Source: Candidatus Marinacidobacterales bacterium
Lineage (GTDB): Bacteria; Acidobacteriota; Vicinamibacteria; Marinacidobacterales; SMYC01
Direction: 5' to 3'
DNA length: 64,000 nucleotides
NCBI GenBank assembly: GCA_965237955.1
Contig: OZ250169.1
Span: forward strand, 5,440,001-5,504,000
Position numbers and translations under genes: made by a program. Positions within the stretch are counted from its first letter, which is position 1; each line of letters starts with the position of its first letter. This document shows positions 7,871 to 17,823 of the stretch, piece by piece. The notes under the pieces are model-generated. The model was not told where the DNA came from. It ran no database searches and saw only the letters and a program-made list of their open reading frames with translations.

Positions 7871-9416
7871 GGTGATGAACGAGACGACGCGCATTCGGCC
7901 GCGGCAGTTTTTGCAAATCAACGGGTCGGTTTTGAACACACGGCGGATCAAGTTGGCCCATCGTCGGCGAAGGGTTTTACGCTGAGTGGCGTTGAGCTCG
8001 TTGTCGTCAGGTGCAGGTCGTTTCTTTCGGGTATGTTTTCTTGTTCGTCGGGCGTAGTGACCGTAGTACAAGATCGAATGCTGGTTGGGCTGGAAATCGT
8101 CCGCATTCGGGCTGCTTCGAGGGAATCAGATGTTGCGGGGCTGCTTCGAAGGACCCCTACCGCAAAAATGTGGATGAGCACGCGGGCGAGGAACTCGAGC
8201 GGGTCGAGGAGCTCGGCTTTTCTATTTTTTGATTTGGGCTGATAGAGAACGTAGTTGCTCTTTTTGTCGTAACGGAGTCTTTGTAGGGAGACGGGGCATC
8301 GGACGATGTAGCGAGAAAGGGATTCAAGGGCTTGGGTATCGGAGGGATATAGGTAGACATCATTATCGGTGCTAAAGCCGCTCCTGCGCCACGAACGGAG
8401 AATCTTGATGCGTTCGTCCGAGAGAAGGTCGTGTACTTGAAGAAGTCGAAAGATCTTCTCCCGAAACAGAATTTCCGCGGCGTGGGTGTCGATGTAGGGA
8501 ACAGGAATCCACTGTCCGTCGTCACGCCAGACGCCTCTGGAGACGATGGAGTGCAGATGTGGATTCCACTTCAAGTTGTCGGAGAAGGTCTGTATCGAGG
8601 CGACCATGCCGACGCGAACGTTGCTGTCCTCGACAGCAGCGGCCATGAGCTCGTGGACGGTTTCGTAGCCTGCGCGGGCGAGCTCGGTGAGGAGCTCTCG
8701 GTGGAAGAGAAAGTAGGGGCGGAGCATTTCGGGAATGGAAAAACTCCAGACGGCATGGCCGACGTCTTGCAAAAGCTCCTCTTGAAGAAAAGCTGCGAAG
8801 GCCGCGGCTCTTTTGGCGTCGCATGACGGACAAAGACTCCTGGCTTTGCACGAGAAGCAAGTAAGAATTCACTCCGGCAATCCTCGCAAACGATCCGGGC
8901 GAAACCTCCTTCTGGAACCCCGCAGTCAAAGTACCGTAGCACCACGTTGTCGACGAACCCGCGCCAATACCCATACACTTTTTCGAAGCGGTCCTCCCAG
9001 TGTGCGTATTCCAGCCATCGTGAACGCCGAATCCAGAGCAAGCTGAACAGCGAATCCGGTGAAGCCGAACGCTCATCGAAGCGATGAAGTGTTGGGTGAC
9101 CTCCTTCCCACTGATTGAAAACGTGAACCTATCTTACCTGCGTGTTGTGTAGCAAGGGGCGGCAGGTCGGTGCCGGAGGGAGCGGGCGTAAGGAAAGACG
9201 CGAAGCGACCTTCCCGCTCCCGTAGGCAGCGACCTGCCGCGGCCGAACCCCGGGCGATGTGGGGCTGGTTTCGGGGGGTTGCTGGGGTATGGCCTGGCTC
9301 GAGAAGACGCTTCCTGAGGCATTCTCGCGCGTCGTTTTGGCGCCGCATCGTCTGGTACCCCGGGTTTGGCGGTTTCACCCGTTTTTATCGCATCGACGCT
9401 GTGGTCCCTCGCTCGC

Positions 9417-10175
9417 TCATGCATCGGCGTTGTCAAATGCCTTTGGCGCAGCCTTGGTCTTTCTCAGAGAAGCTCCTTTGAGAGTGATGCGGTGCGCGCT
9501 GTGGAGAATGCGATCGCAGATAGCGTCTGCCTGGTTTGGGTCGCCAATCGCTTCGTGCCACTGCTTGAGCGGAATCTGGGTCGCGATGAGTGTGGAGCCA
9601 CGCTCGGCGCGGTCTTCGATGACCTCCATTAGATCCCGTCTCTCCGATTCTTTCAGCGGGTGAAGCAGCCAATCATCGATAGCCAGTAAGTCCAGCTTGG
9701 CGAGTTTCGTCAAAAGCCGGGCGTAGGAACCATCACCACGAGCGACCGCGAGCTCGTGGAGCAAGCGCGGTGCTCGCACGTAGCATCCGGTGAAGCCGCG
9801 ACGACAGGCCCGCTCCACGAAGGCGCAAGCCAAGAACGATTTGCCAATCCCCGTCGGGCCGGTGATGAGCAGGTTATGGCGCTCACCGACAAAGCGGCAG
9901 TTGCCCAGGCTCAAGATCTGTTCGCGGTTTAAGCCTCGAGGCGCTTGGAAGTTCACGTTCTCCAAACATGCCGGATAGCGGAGCTTTGCCGCTCGCAGTC
10001 GTCGAGAAAGCTTACGCTGTTCGCGGGCGGTCCACTCGGCATCGACCAGGAGTCCCACACGTTCCTCGAAGCTCAGCTCCTTGTATTCGCTCGAGCTCAA
10101 CTGGGTTTCGAACGCGGACACCAAGCCGAACAACTTCATGGCGTTTATCTTTTCTATCGTTTCGGGTGTCAGCAT
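9417..10175 (-). CDS. istB: IS21 helper ATPase
   Basis: GPTGIGKS Walker A, LLAIDDW Walker B and ADAICDRI. Confidence 0.95.
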   Translation of the reverse strand: MLTPETIEKINAMKLFGLVSAFETQLSSSEYKELSFEERVGLLVDAEWTAREQRKLSRRLRAAKLRYPACLENVNFQAPRGLNREQILSLGNCRFVGERHNLLITGPTGIGKSFLACAFVERACRRGFTGCYVRAPRLLHELAVARGDGSYARLLTKLAKLDLLAIDDWLLHPLKESERRDLMEVIEDRAERGSTLIATQIPLKQWHEAIGDPNQADAICDRILHSAHRITLKGASLRKTKAAPKAFDNADA

Positions 10176-11725
10176 CGGGACTCTCCTCCTTCGTAGTGAT
10201 CCGCGCCTCGGATGTTCTCGTGCTCCTCTCGCGGTTTCGCTTCGGCGTCCGATTCGAGCACCACACGATCCAGACCAGCCGAGAGAATGTTTTTCACCGT
10301 GCGATAGCTGTAAGAGCTCAAAGCTTCCGCTCGTGCGCAAGCGGCCTCGAGACGCTCACTGCCCCAGCGGCTGCCTAGTCGCATGACTCCCAGGCAAGAG
10401 CGAAATCCCTGCTCCGGGTGAGGCCGACTCTCTAGAATCCCCGCAACCAGCCTTCCCGTGGCGCGACCTGACTGCTCCGCCCAGTGGAGCAGCCGCGACG
10501 GCGTCCACTCCAGGTGCTCCCGATGCGAACGTGGCATATGCTCCGGGTTCGTGGAGTAGTGCCCCTTTCCTTTCTTGCGGGGATGCGACGCGACGCGCTT
10601 TCCCTTGAACAGGACCTCCACCACCGAGGCCGTCACCCGTGCCTCGACTTTCTCGTGAATGAGCTGATAGGGAACGCTGTACAAGTTGTTCTCCACCTCC
10701 ACGTGGTAGTCGATGTTCACTCTGCACCGCTTCCACGTCGATAACTCGTAGCTCTCCTGCGGTAGCGGTTTCAGTACGGGCCGGTCTAGCCTTTCGTACA
10801 ACTCCCGCCGACTCACACCGAGCTTCTGCATCGGACGCGCATTCAGGACCTCTAACTTCTCCCAGATGGCTTCGTTCAGTTCCGCCAGGCTGAAGAACGT
10901 GCGATGACGAAGCACCGCCAGGATCCAGCGCTGCGCCACCTGCACTGCCGACTCCACCTTCGCTTTGTCTTTCGGCTTGAACACCCGAGCCGGGACCACA
11001 ACCGCACCGTAATGCGTCGCCAGCTCTTCGTACGTCCGGTTGATCCCTGGCTCGTAACGGTCCACCAAATCCACGCCGCTCTTCAAGTTGTCCGGAACCC
11101 AGATCTCCGTACTGCCACCGAAGTAATCCGACATCCCCTTATGGGCCTTCGCCCACGATTCCAGCGACTGGTTCAGTGTCGCTTCGACGTAGGTGTAACT
11201 GCTCGCGCCCAACGTCCCGACGAACAGCTCCATTTCGACGAGCTCTCCCGTTTTCGGATCGACGATGTGAGGCTTCTTCCCCGAAAAATCGACGAATGTC
11301 TTCTCGCCTGCTCGATGCCGTTGACGCATCGTCGGGTTCAGCTTCTTCTTCCACTGACCGTACAGCTCGCAATAACGGCTGTAGCCGTACGCTCCCGGCT
11401 TATTCTCCGCGTACTCCACCCACAGCTGCAGCAACGTCAGCTCTCGGTGACGCCTCAGCTCCTCGTGGATGTGGGCATAGTCCAGACCCGGCCGTGCGCC
11501 AGACGAGCCCGGCGGCGGAAACAGCCCTGCCTCCAGCTCCCCGCCGCTCAGCTCCTCCGGGAGCGGCCAGCTCAGACCACCCTTCTTCGCCTTGGCCAGG
11601 TACTCACTCACCGTTCCAACCGCCACGCGAAGTGCCTTTGCGATCATGCGGTGAGTAAAACCCAGCTCGTACTTTAACCTTAGAACCTCTCGTATTTTTC
11701 TCATCGATAACCTCTTAGCTGCCAT
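10169..11725 (-). CDS. istA: IS21 transposase
   Basis: HTH, FVDFSG, VPDNLKS, KPKDKAKVESAV and YSVPY. Confidence 0.95.
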   Translation of the reverse strand: MAAKRLSMRKIREVLRLKYELGFTHRMIAKALRVAVGTVSEYLAKAKKGGLSWPLPEELSGGELEAGLFPPPGSSGARPGLDYAHIHEELRRHRELTLLQLWVEYAENKPGAYGYSRYCELYGQWKKKLNPTMRQRHRAGEKTFVDFSGKKPHIVDPKTGELVEMELFVGTLGASSYTYVEATLNQSLESWAKAHKGMSDYFGGSTEIWVPDNLKSGVDLVDRYEPGINRTYEELATHYGAVVVPARVFKPKDKAKVESAVQVAQRWILAVLRHRTFFSLAELNEAIWEKLEVLNARPMQKLGVSRRELYERLDRPVLKPLPQESYELSTWKRCRVNIDYHVEVENNLYSVPYQLIHEKVEARVTASVVEVLFKGKRVASHPRKKGKGHYSTNPEHMPRSHREHLEWTPSRLLHWAEQSGRATGRLVAGILESRPHPEQGFRSCLGVMRLGSRWGSERLEAACARAEALSSYSYRTVKNILSAGLDRVVLESDAEAKPREEHENIRGADHYEGGESRC

Positions 11726-11969
11726 TTCCTAGATCGTCCTCCTTCCGGGTACGACCTAGAGTTGCCTTGAAACGTGCTATCGATGAGCGTTCGCGATGCC
11801 GGAACCGGCGTTCACGTTGCCTGGAATCCGTGTTCACCTTCCCCGGAATCGATGTTCACGATCCCCGGAATCCGTGTTCACGATGCTTTGGAATGGATGT
11901 TCACCTTCGGCTGGAATCTGCGTTCACGATGCCCCGGAATACGCAATCTAAGACTACCCCCGGGTGCTT

Positions 11970-13398
11970 GAGGATATCCTGAATCTAGTTGAAATCGGTG
12001 AGTGACTCCCTTCAAGATCGTCGGTGTCAAAGCTGACGATCAAAAAGAAAGGAGCCACCCGGTGAGAGCAGATACGAAGAAGAGAAAGAATGCAACACAG
12101 ATGCTGAGGGCGACGCAGGAGCAAGAGTGGTGGGCGGATCAAGTTGTGCATGTGATGCTGGAGGGCAAGCGAGCGCTGGACGCCGCGATGCTCGATGTCG
12201 GACGCCTGGTAGCTGAGACGCTCATGTACATGGAGCGCGAAGAGAGATCTGGGCCAGACTACCATCCTACGTCGTCCGGGCTTCGCAAATGGGCGAGTCA
12301 ACGTGGGTCGATCTATGTCGGTGACCAGAAGCTCCCTGTCGAGCACCCTCGATTGCGGGGCCCGGAGGGTGAGGTCGGGCTGAGAACCTACGAGCAGCTC
12401 AAGAATCGCGGGGGCTTTTCGGAGGAACTCCTGTCGGAGGTGCTTCGGGGAATGTCTGCTCGCAAGTACGAAGAGACGGTGACGGCGGCAGGCAAGGCTT
12501 TCGGTGTGACGCCGAGCTCGGTGTCCCGCCATCTGGTCGAGGCGACGGCGAAGCAGCTGAAGCAGTTCCAGGAGCGCAGTCTCGAAGAGTTTCCGCTCTT
12601 CGCGATGTACCTAGACACGGTCCACCGCGGCGGTCAGGCGTTCGTGGTCGCGCTCGGCGTGGACCGTGAAGGGAAAAAGCTCCCCCTGGGCTTCTGGGAA
12701 GGGGCGACGGAGAACCACGAGATCTGCGAGGAATTGCTGGAAGAGTTGGAGCGACGGGGGTTAAAGCTCTCCAAACGGATCCTCTGGGTAACCGATGGTG
12801 GCGGGGGGATCATCAAGGCGCTCAAAGACCGATACGGCAAGAAGCTCATCCACCAGCGGTGTACTTTGCACAAAGACCGCAACATCCAGCGCCACCTGCC
12901 CAAACGCTACCGCAAGCAGGCACACCACCTCTTCGCGACTGCCTTGGAGCAGAACAGCTACAAGGACGCGAAGAAGATGTTGCAGGAGTTCGAGCGCTGG
13001 CTTCGCGACATCAACGAGTCGGCGGCAGACTCACTCCTCGAGGCACTCGAGGAGGTGCTGATGCTCCACAAGTTGAAGGTCCCCGCTCTACTGCGCCAGA
13101 GCCTGCACTCGACGAATCCTATAGAGAGTATGTTCTCCATGGTTCGTAGTTGCGAGCGCAACATCAAACGCTACCGTAACAGCAAAATGCGCCAGCGATG
13201 GCTCGCCGCTGTGCTGCTGCACTGCGAACAACAGTTCAGACGAGTCAAGGGGCACGCATCCATCGACGTAGTGGTTGCGGCCATCGATGCGATCCAACGA
13301 GAGGACGAGATGCCTGAGGCCGCGTAAGGTCAGGGGCGTAGAGCTGGAAATGACCACGAGTCGCTTATGATGGTTTCAACTAATTCCTTGACATCCTC
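11970..13398 (+). mobile_element. IS256-family element A
   Basis: IRs GAGGATATC..TAGTTGAAA / TTTCAACTA..GACATCCTC and an 8-bp TSD GGGTGCTT (11962-11969, 13399-13406). Confidence 0.95.
12062..13327 (+). CDS. IS256 transposase
   Basis: MYLDT, VTDGG, QRCTLHKDRN and STNPIES. AAGGAG SD before GTG 12062. Confidence 0.9.
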   Translation: MRADTKKRKNATQMLRATQEQEWWADQVVHVMLEGKRALDAAMLDVGRLVAETLMYMEREERSGPDYHPTSSGLRKWASQRGSIYVGDQKLPVEHPRLRGPEGEVGLRTYEQLKNRGGFSEELLSEVLRGMSARKYEETVTAAGKAFGVTPSSVSRHLVEATAKQLKQFQERSLEEFPLFAMYLDTVHRGGQAFVVALGVDREGKKLPLGFWEGATENHEICEELLEELERRGLKLSKRILWVTDGGGGIIKALKDRYGKKLIHQRCTLHKDRNIQRHLPKRYRKQAHHLFATALEQNSYKDAKKMLQEFERWLRDINESAADSLLEALEEVLMLHKLKVPALLRQSLHSTNPIESMFSMVRSCERNIKRYRNSKMRQRWLAAVLLHCEQQFRRVKGHASIDVVVAAIDAIQREDEMPEAA

Positions 13399-15361
13399 GG
13401 GTGCTTTGATAGAGAAATTGATTGAATAAATACTATTAATAGGTATTATGAATATATGACGCTTTCCAAAATACACTTCATATTAGCCGTGGCCCAACAC
13501 AAGTCCTTTAGTAAAGCCGCTCGGACATCTAATGTCACATAGCCAACCCTCTCTAATGGGATATCTAAGGTTGAAGAAGAGCTTCAGCAAGCTATTTTTT
13601 TAAGATCGACCCGAAGTGTGACATTGACTCAATTTTGGGAAAGTATTTTGCCTTCCGTTCGTTCCATGATCGAGATAGAGAAGTCCATACACAGCAAAGC
13701 TAAGGAGTTTCTCAATCCCAAAAACGTAGTTTTACAGGTAGGAATTTCTCCATTGGTAAACACAAGATTTGTAATTCTTTTGGTTAGTGCATTCAAAGCC
13801 AATCATAAAGATCATGAGGTGATTTTGGTTGAGCAAGATTTAAAGGTACTTCAAGAAAAACTTGTTAGTGGAGAACTAGATCTTATAATTGCACCTAAAG
13901 TTAGTAAAACAGCCATAGGTAATGCACTTTCTATTTATAAAGAACAGCTTTATCTTATTGATCGGGGATGTCCCGCCGGATGTTGAATTTGGGGTAGCGG
14001 CGGCTCCTTGGCCGGCCTAAGAATAGGTCTGCCAATAAACGGTCTCCAGAGGGGGACAAGGAGCCACCAGTGCCTAGGAAATCAAAGAAGCCAGTAAGAA
14101 AGCAAACGCACTCGCCTACGGGCAAGGTAGTTGGCCAAGTCGGTCAGATACTGCTACCGATGATAGCTGGGATCGCGGCCACGAAGGCGGATCTGACGGA
14201 ATGGGTGTATGAGCAAGGACTGACAGCTCTGCACCTACTGCTCAGAGAGGACGCCGAGGGAGATCGCGGGGCTCAAGGGCAAGCACGAGAAGGAGCGAAC
14301 TCATAACCACTGGGGGAGCACGAACGGAGAGCTGAGCTTCGGTGGTCGTCGCATCCAAGTGTCGCGACCTCGAGTTCGCTCGAAGTCGGGCGAGGAGGCG
14401 TCGCTTCCACACTTCGAAGCCTTCCGCGAAGAAGACCCGCTTCCAGAGCGAGTGTTGAATCAGATCTTGGTGGGGGTATCGACCCGAAATTACGAATCGA
14501 GTCTGGACAAACCCGCGGCCAAGTTGAAGTCTCGTGGCACGAGTAAGAGTGCCGCCAGCCGTCACCTCGTGAGCCAGACGACTAAGAAGCTCGAGGAATA
14601 CCTGTCTCGGCGGCTAGAGGAGTTCGAGCTTGCGGCACTGATGCTGGATGGCCTTGAGGTGGCCGGACAGACCGTCGTCGTAACTCTCGGTATCACAATA
14701 GATGGAACGAAGGTGCCCCTGGGTATATGGCTGGGCTCGACGGAGAACTCTCGGGTGTGCACCGCGATGTTGCAGGACCTTCTCGAGCGAGGCTTGCGCG
14801 TCGATGCGTCGATTCTCTGCGTAGTGGACGGAGGCAAAGGCATCCGCAAGGCACTCGTCGACGTTTTTGGGGACCTCGCGGTCATCCAAAGGTGCCAGAT
14901 CCATAAACTCCGAAATCTTCGCTCGTACCTTCCCAGAGTCTCGTCACGCCTACGTGCTCCAGACGATGAAGGAAGCCTACAAGTGCAAGAGTGCCGACAA
15001 GGCGCGCAAGCGACTTCAGGCATTGGTGTCGTGGCTCGAGCGAAACGGCTACGACGAAGCTGCCGGAAGCCTTCGTGAAGGGATGGAAGAGACACTCACG
15101 GTCGTGAAGCTCGCGCTGCCCGCCTTACTTCGCCAGTCTCTTGCCACGACGAACGCCATTGAGAATCTCAACGGAACCATTCGCAGAGTATCGAGAAACG
15201 TCAAGCGTTGGAAGAGTCCTTCCATGGTTCGCCGATGGACCGCTCTTGGCGTCGTCACCGCGCAGAAAGAGTTCCGGCGTATCAAAGGCTATCGCCATAT
15301 GGGCGCTCTCGTTCACGCGCTTAGAAGCAAACAGAAATCTCTTGACAGCGATGAGTTTGCT

Positions 15362-16728
15362 GGATCCGTCCCGCTTCCCGTGGAAATAAGAATGGCGTAA
15401 CCTCCGGTTAAACAAAACGAAACCGCGCCTGGAAAGGCGAGGAGGAGGATTACGCCATGAAGAAGCCTACCACCATATCGAAGGAGTCTGTAAGCGAGTA
15501 CCGGGAGTTCGTCCAACTTCGGCTGCGTAAGCGGGTACTGGAGGCAATCGAGGTCGTGCTCGAGGAAGAAGTCAACCAAGCGCTGGGGTGTGGTAGCTAC
15601 GAGCGTGCGGAAGACCGCCGTGGATATCGCAACGGAGCCGAAACCCGTCGCGTGACGACGTCGGTGGGAACTCGCGAGCTCCGGGTGCCACGAGCCCGCG
15701 TGCGAGACGAGGAAACGGGAGAAACGACAGAGTTCAGGAGCGAGCTGTTGCCCCGGTACGCGCGCCGGACTCGTGAGGTCGACGAGGCGATCTTGGGGAC
15801 GTACTTCTCGGGCGCGAATAGCCGCCGGATCCGCAAAGCGCTGAAACCACTGCTCGGTGAGGAGCACCTATCGAAGAGCGCGGTGTCTCGCGTGGTTAGC
15901 CGGCTGAAGGAGCGCTTCGAGGAATGGCAGAACCGTGCTCTCAGCGAGGAGGTCTACGCGATCGTTTACCTGGACGGCTTCCACCTGAAAGTGCGGATGG
16001 CGAAGCGTGTGATCAGCGTACCCGTACTGGCCGCGCTCGGGGTCACGCCAGACGGGCAGAAACGTCTGTTGTCATTGCGTCTGGCGGTGAGCGAAGCCTC
16101 GACGCATTGGGGCTCCGTGCTGGAGGGACTCCAGGCTCGAGGACTCCGGGCTCCCAAGCTAGTGATCAGCGACGGCCACAAGGGGCTGACGAAAGCGCTG
16201 GAGAAGTGGCCGGGGTGCCGGTTGCAGCGATGTACCGAGCACAAGCGCGCCAACTTGCTCGAACATTGCCCGGCGCACGCACGCCGTGAGCTCCGGCGTG
16301 ACTACAACCGGATCGTCTACGCCAAGAACGGGATCGATGCTCGCAAAGCCTATGACGAGCTCGTCGCCAAGTGGACGCCTCTCGCGCCAGCCGTCGTCCG
16401 AAGCCTAGAGGAGGCCGGTAATCAGCTGCTGACCTTCTACGAATTCCCTCGTGCCATGTGGAAATCGATTCGAACGACCAATGCTCTGGAGAATCTCAAC
16501 CGCGAGTTTCGACGCCGGACGAAAACCCAAGCGTCGTTCTCCAGCGAGGAGTCCGCGGTCGCTTTGCTGTTTGGGCTTATCGCCTCTGGCCAGATTCAAC
16601 TACGACGCATCGACGGCTACCAACGTCTGAGCGAGGTTCTCGAACACACGGAGGTTGCCGCCTGATATGATACTCTGATGACGGAGTGGAGGGCGCCGTT
16701 CTTTTTCCACGGACCTCGGGACACATCC
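15362..16728 (+). mobile_element. IS256-family element C, copy 1
   Basis: GGATCCGTCCCG / CGGGACACATCC ends and an 8-bp TSD AGTTTGCT (15354-15361, 16729-16736). Confidence 0.95.
15457..16665 (+). CDS. IS256 transposase (intact)
   Basis: YRNG, VYLDG, ISDG, QRCTEHKRAN and RTTNALENLNREFRRRTK. Confidence 0.95.
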   Translation: MKKPTTISKESVSEYREFVQLRLRKRVLEAIEVVLEEEVNQALGCGSYERAEDRRGYRNGAETRRVTTSVGTRELRVPRARVRDEETGETTEFRSELLPRYARRTREVDEAILGTYFSGANSRRIRKALKPLLGEEHLSKSAVSRVVSRLKERFEEWQNRALSEEVYAIVYLDGFHLKVRMAKRVISVPVLAALGVTPDGQKRLLSLRLAVSEASTHWGSVLEGLQARGLRAPKLVISDGHKGLTKALEKWPGCRLQRCTEHKRANLLEHCPAHARRELRRDYNRIVYAKNGIDARKAYDELVAKWTPLAPAVVRSLEEAGNQLLTFYEFPRAMWKSIRTTNALENLNREFRRRTKTQASFSSEESAVALLFGLIASGQIQLRRIDGYQRLSEVLEHTEVAA

Positions 16729-17239
16729 AGTTTGCTGCCTAAGAGTATTCACAGGTGCCGCCGCTACCCGACCAAATTCAACAGCGGCCGGGACATCCCC
16801 TATTGATCCGGCAGATCGGGATTCTTCGAAGGTTGAAATAGGAGATATCAGAGATAAAACTTTTGTGATGGTACCTGACTCATGCGGTCTCTCAGAAATC
16901 ACCAGATCTATTTTAAGAAGTACCAGTAGAGACTTCAAAGAATATGAGGGAAAAGCCATGACTTATCAAGTCCTCGTTGACTGGTCTGCAAATGGATTGG
17001 GTTGCGTCATTTTACCAGAAAGTAAAATTCCTAAAGGAATAAAAAAAACTTTGATCACCAAACGGTCAAAACCCATCGCTATAGTTTTTGAGGCAAAGTG
17101 GCAGTCTTCACAAAAGAAGATAAAATCCTTCGTTAAACACTTAAAGACAAACTCTGAGAAAATATACTCTGACCTGGTTTGAATTAAAAACGCTCCTAGT
17201 GTTTCATAGATACATGTCTAGGATTGGTAAAGTAAAAGG

Positions 17240-17620
17240 TTTCGTAAGGCCTATATCGGACAGGAGGTTGTTGTCACGGGAAGGATCGTGCAGACGTTCA
17301 ACTCCGGCAGTGCGTTGTTTTTCAACTTCGATCCGGACTTCAGGCGGACGCTGACGCTGGTGTTGCTGGATGACAATTTCGCTGCGTTCGGCGGGGCACA
17401 GGGGATCGAAGCGGAGTTGAGGGATGTGTCCCGAGGTCCGTGGAAGCTCGTCATCGATCACCCGTTGTGAGGCCAACACTTCGTTGAACTCTGCCAGATC
17501 CTCGTCCGTCCAGGTGACGTACCGCGCAAGCCTCGCACGTCGCTCGTGAACGCCGACAGCTCTCTTGAGAATCTCCACGACGGTCGCATTGACGCTCGTA
17601 CCGCGCTCCTCACTGAGTCG
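17240..17620. pseudogene. Two convergent fragments: an OB-fold-like piece (+) and an antitoxin-like C-terminus (-)
   Basis: Plus strand KAYIGQEVVVTGRIVQTFNSGSALFFNF. Minus strand RLSEERGTSVNATVVEILKRAVG...WTDEDLAEFNEVLASQRVIDDEL. Confidence 0.45.
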
Positions 17621-17823
17621 CGTCTATGGGAGCGTATTCAGCACGAAATTCTTCCCTGGCTTTCGATCCTTCCCGTAGGTAGCTAAGCGTCGCAACCAGT
17701 TCTCGACAACCAGACCTTCGACGCGCGCTAGATGTTTGACGTTCGTGGTGGAAGCGAACGCGTCGAGCCCGCGCGGCGGGGAAAGACTCCTCGTGATATT
17801 TTCCTCGTTTGGGGAGGCCGGTT

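Larger units (their letters stand above)
5203..9002 (-). pseudogene. IS91-family transposase split by the LSR element, a ~70-bp insert and frameshifts, and 5'-truncated by IS21
   Basis: Zn-binding N-part (GFARIVCEDC), HUH motif WNPHLHS, RYIVR, LYYGHYA and DPLICKNCRGRMRVVSFIT. It resumes past the LSR element as EPSVIRQILNHL...DPP with stop at 5203. oriIS-like end near 5010-5025. Confidence 0.9.
9003..11945 (-). mobile_element. IS21-family element, copy 1 (no target duplication)
   Basis: TGCGTATTCC...GGAATACGCA termini, multiple GTGAAC sub-terminal repeats, istA and istB. Confidence 0.95.
13964..16800 (+). mobile_element. IS256-family element B (frameshifted transposase from 14070), containing element C
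   Basis: GGGGATGTCCCG / CGGGACATCCCC IRs and an 8-bp TSD TATTGATC (13956-13963, 16801-16808). The transposase lies in three consecutive ORF pieces. Confidence 0.95.
13456..17182 (+). pseudogene. LysR-family regulator with an internal stop, split by nested IS256 elements
   Basis: FILAVAQHKSFSKAA..NVT-stop-PTLSNGISKVEEEL...RSTRSVTLT. The substrate-binding domain continues after 16800. AT-rich. Confidence 0.9.

Noticed and set aside
11775-11945. Regular GTTCAC/GTGAAC repeats (also 41007-41175) resembling a mini-CRISPR or iterons
   Set aside because: They are the multiple sub-terminal transposase-binding repeats typical of IS21 ends. There are no unique spacers or cas genes.
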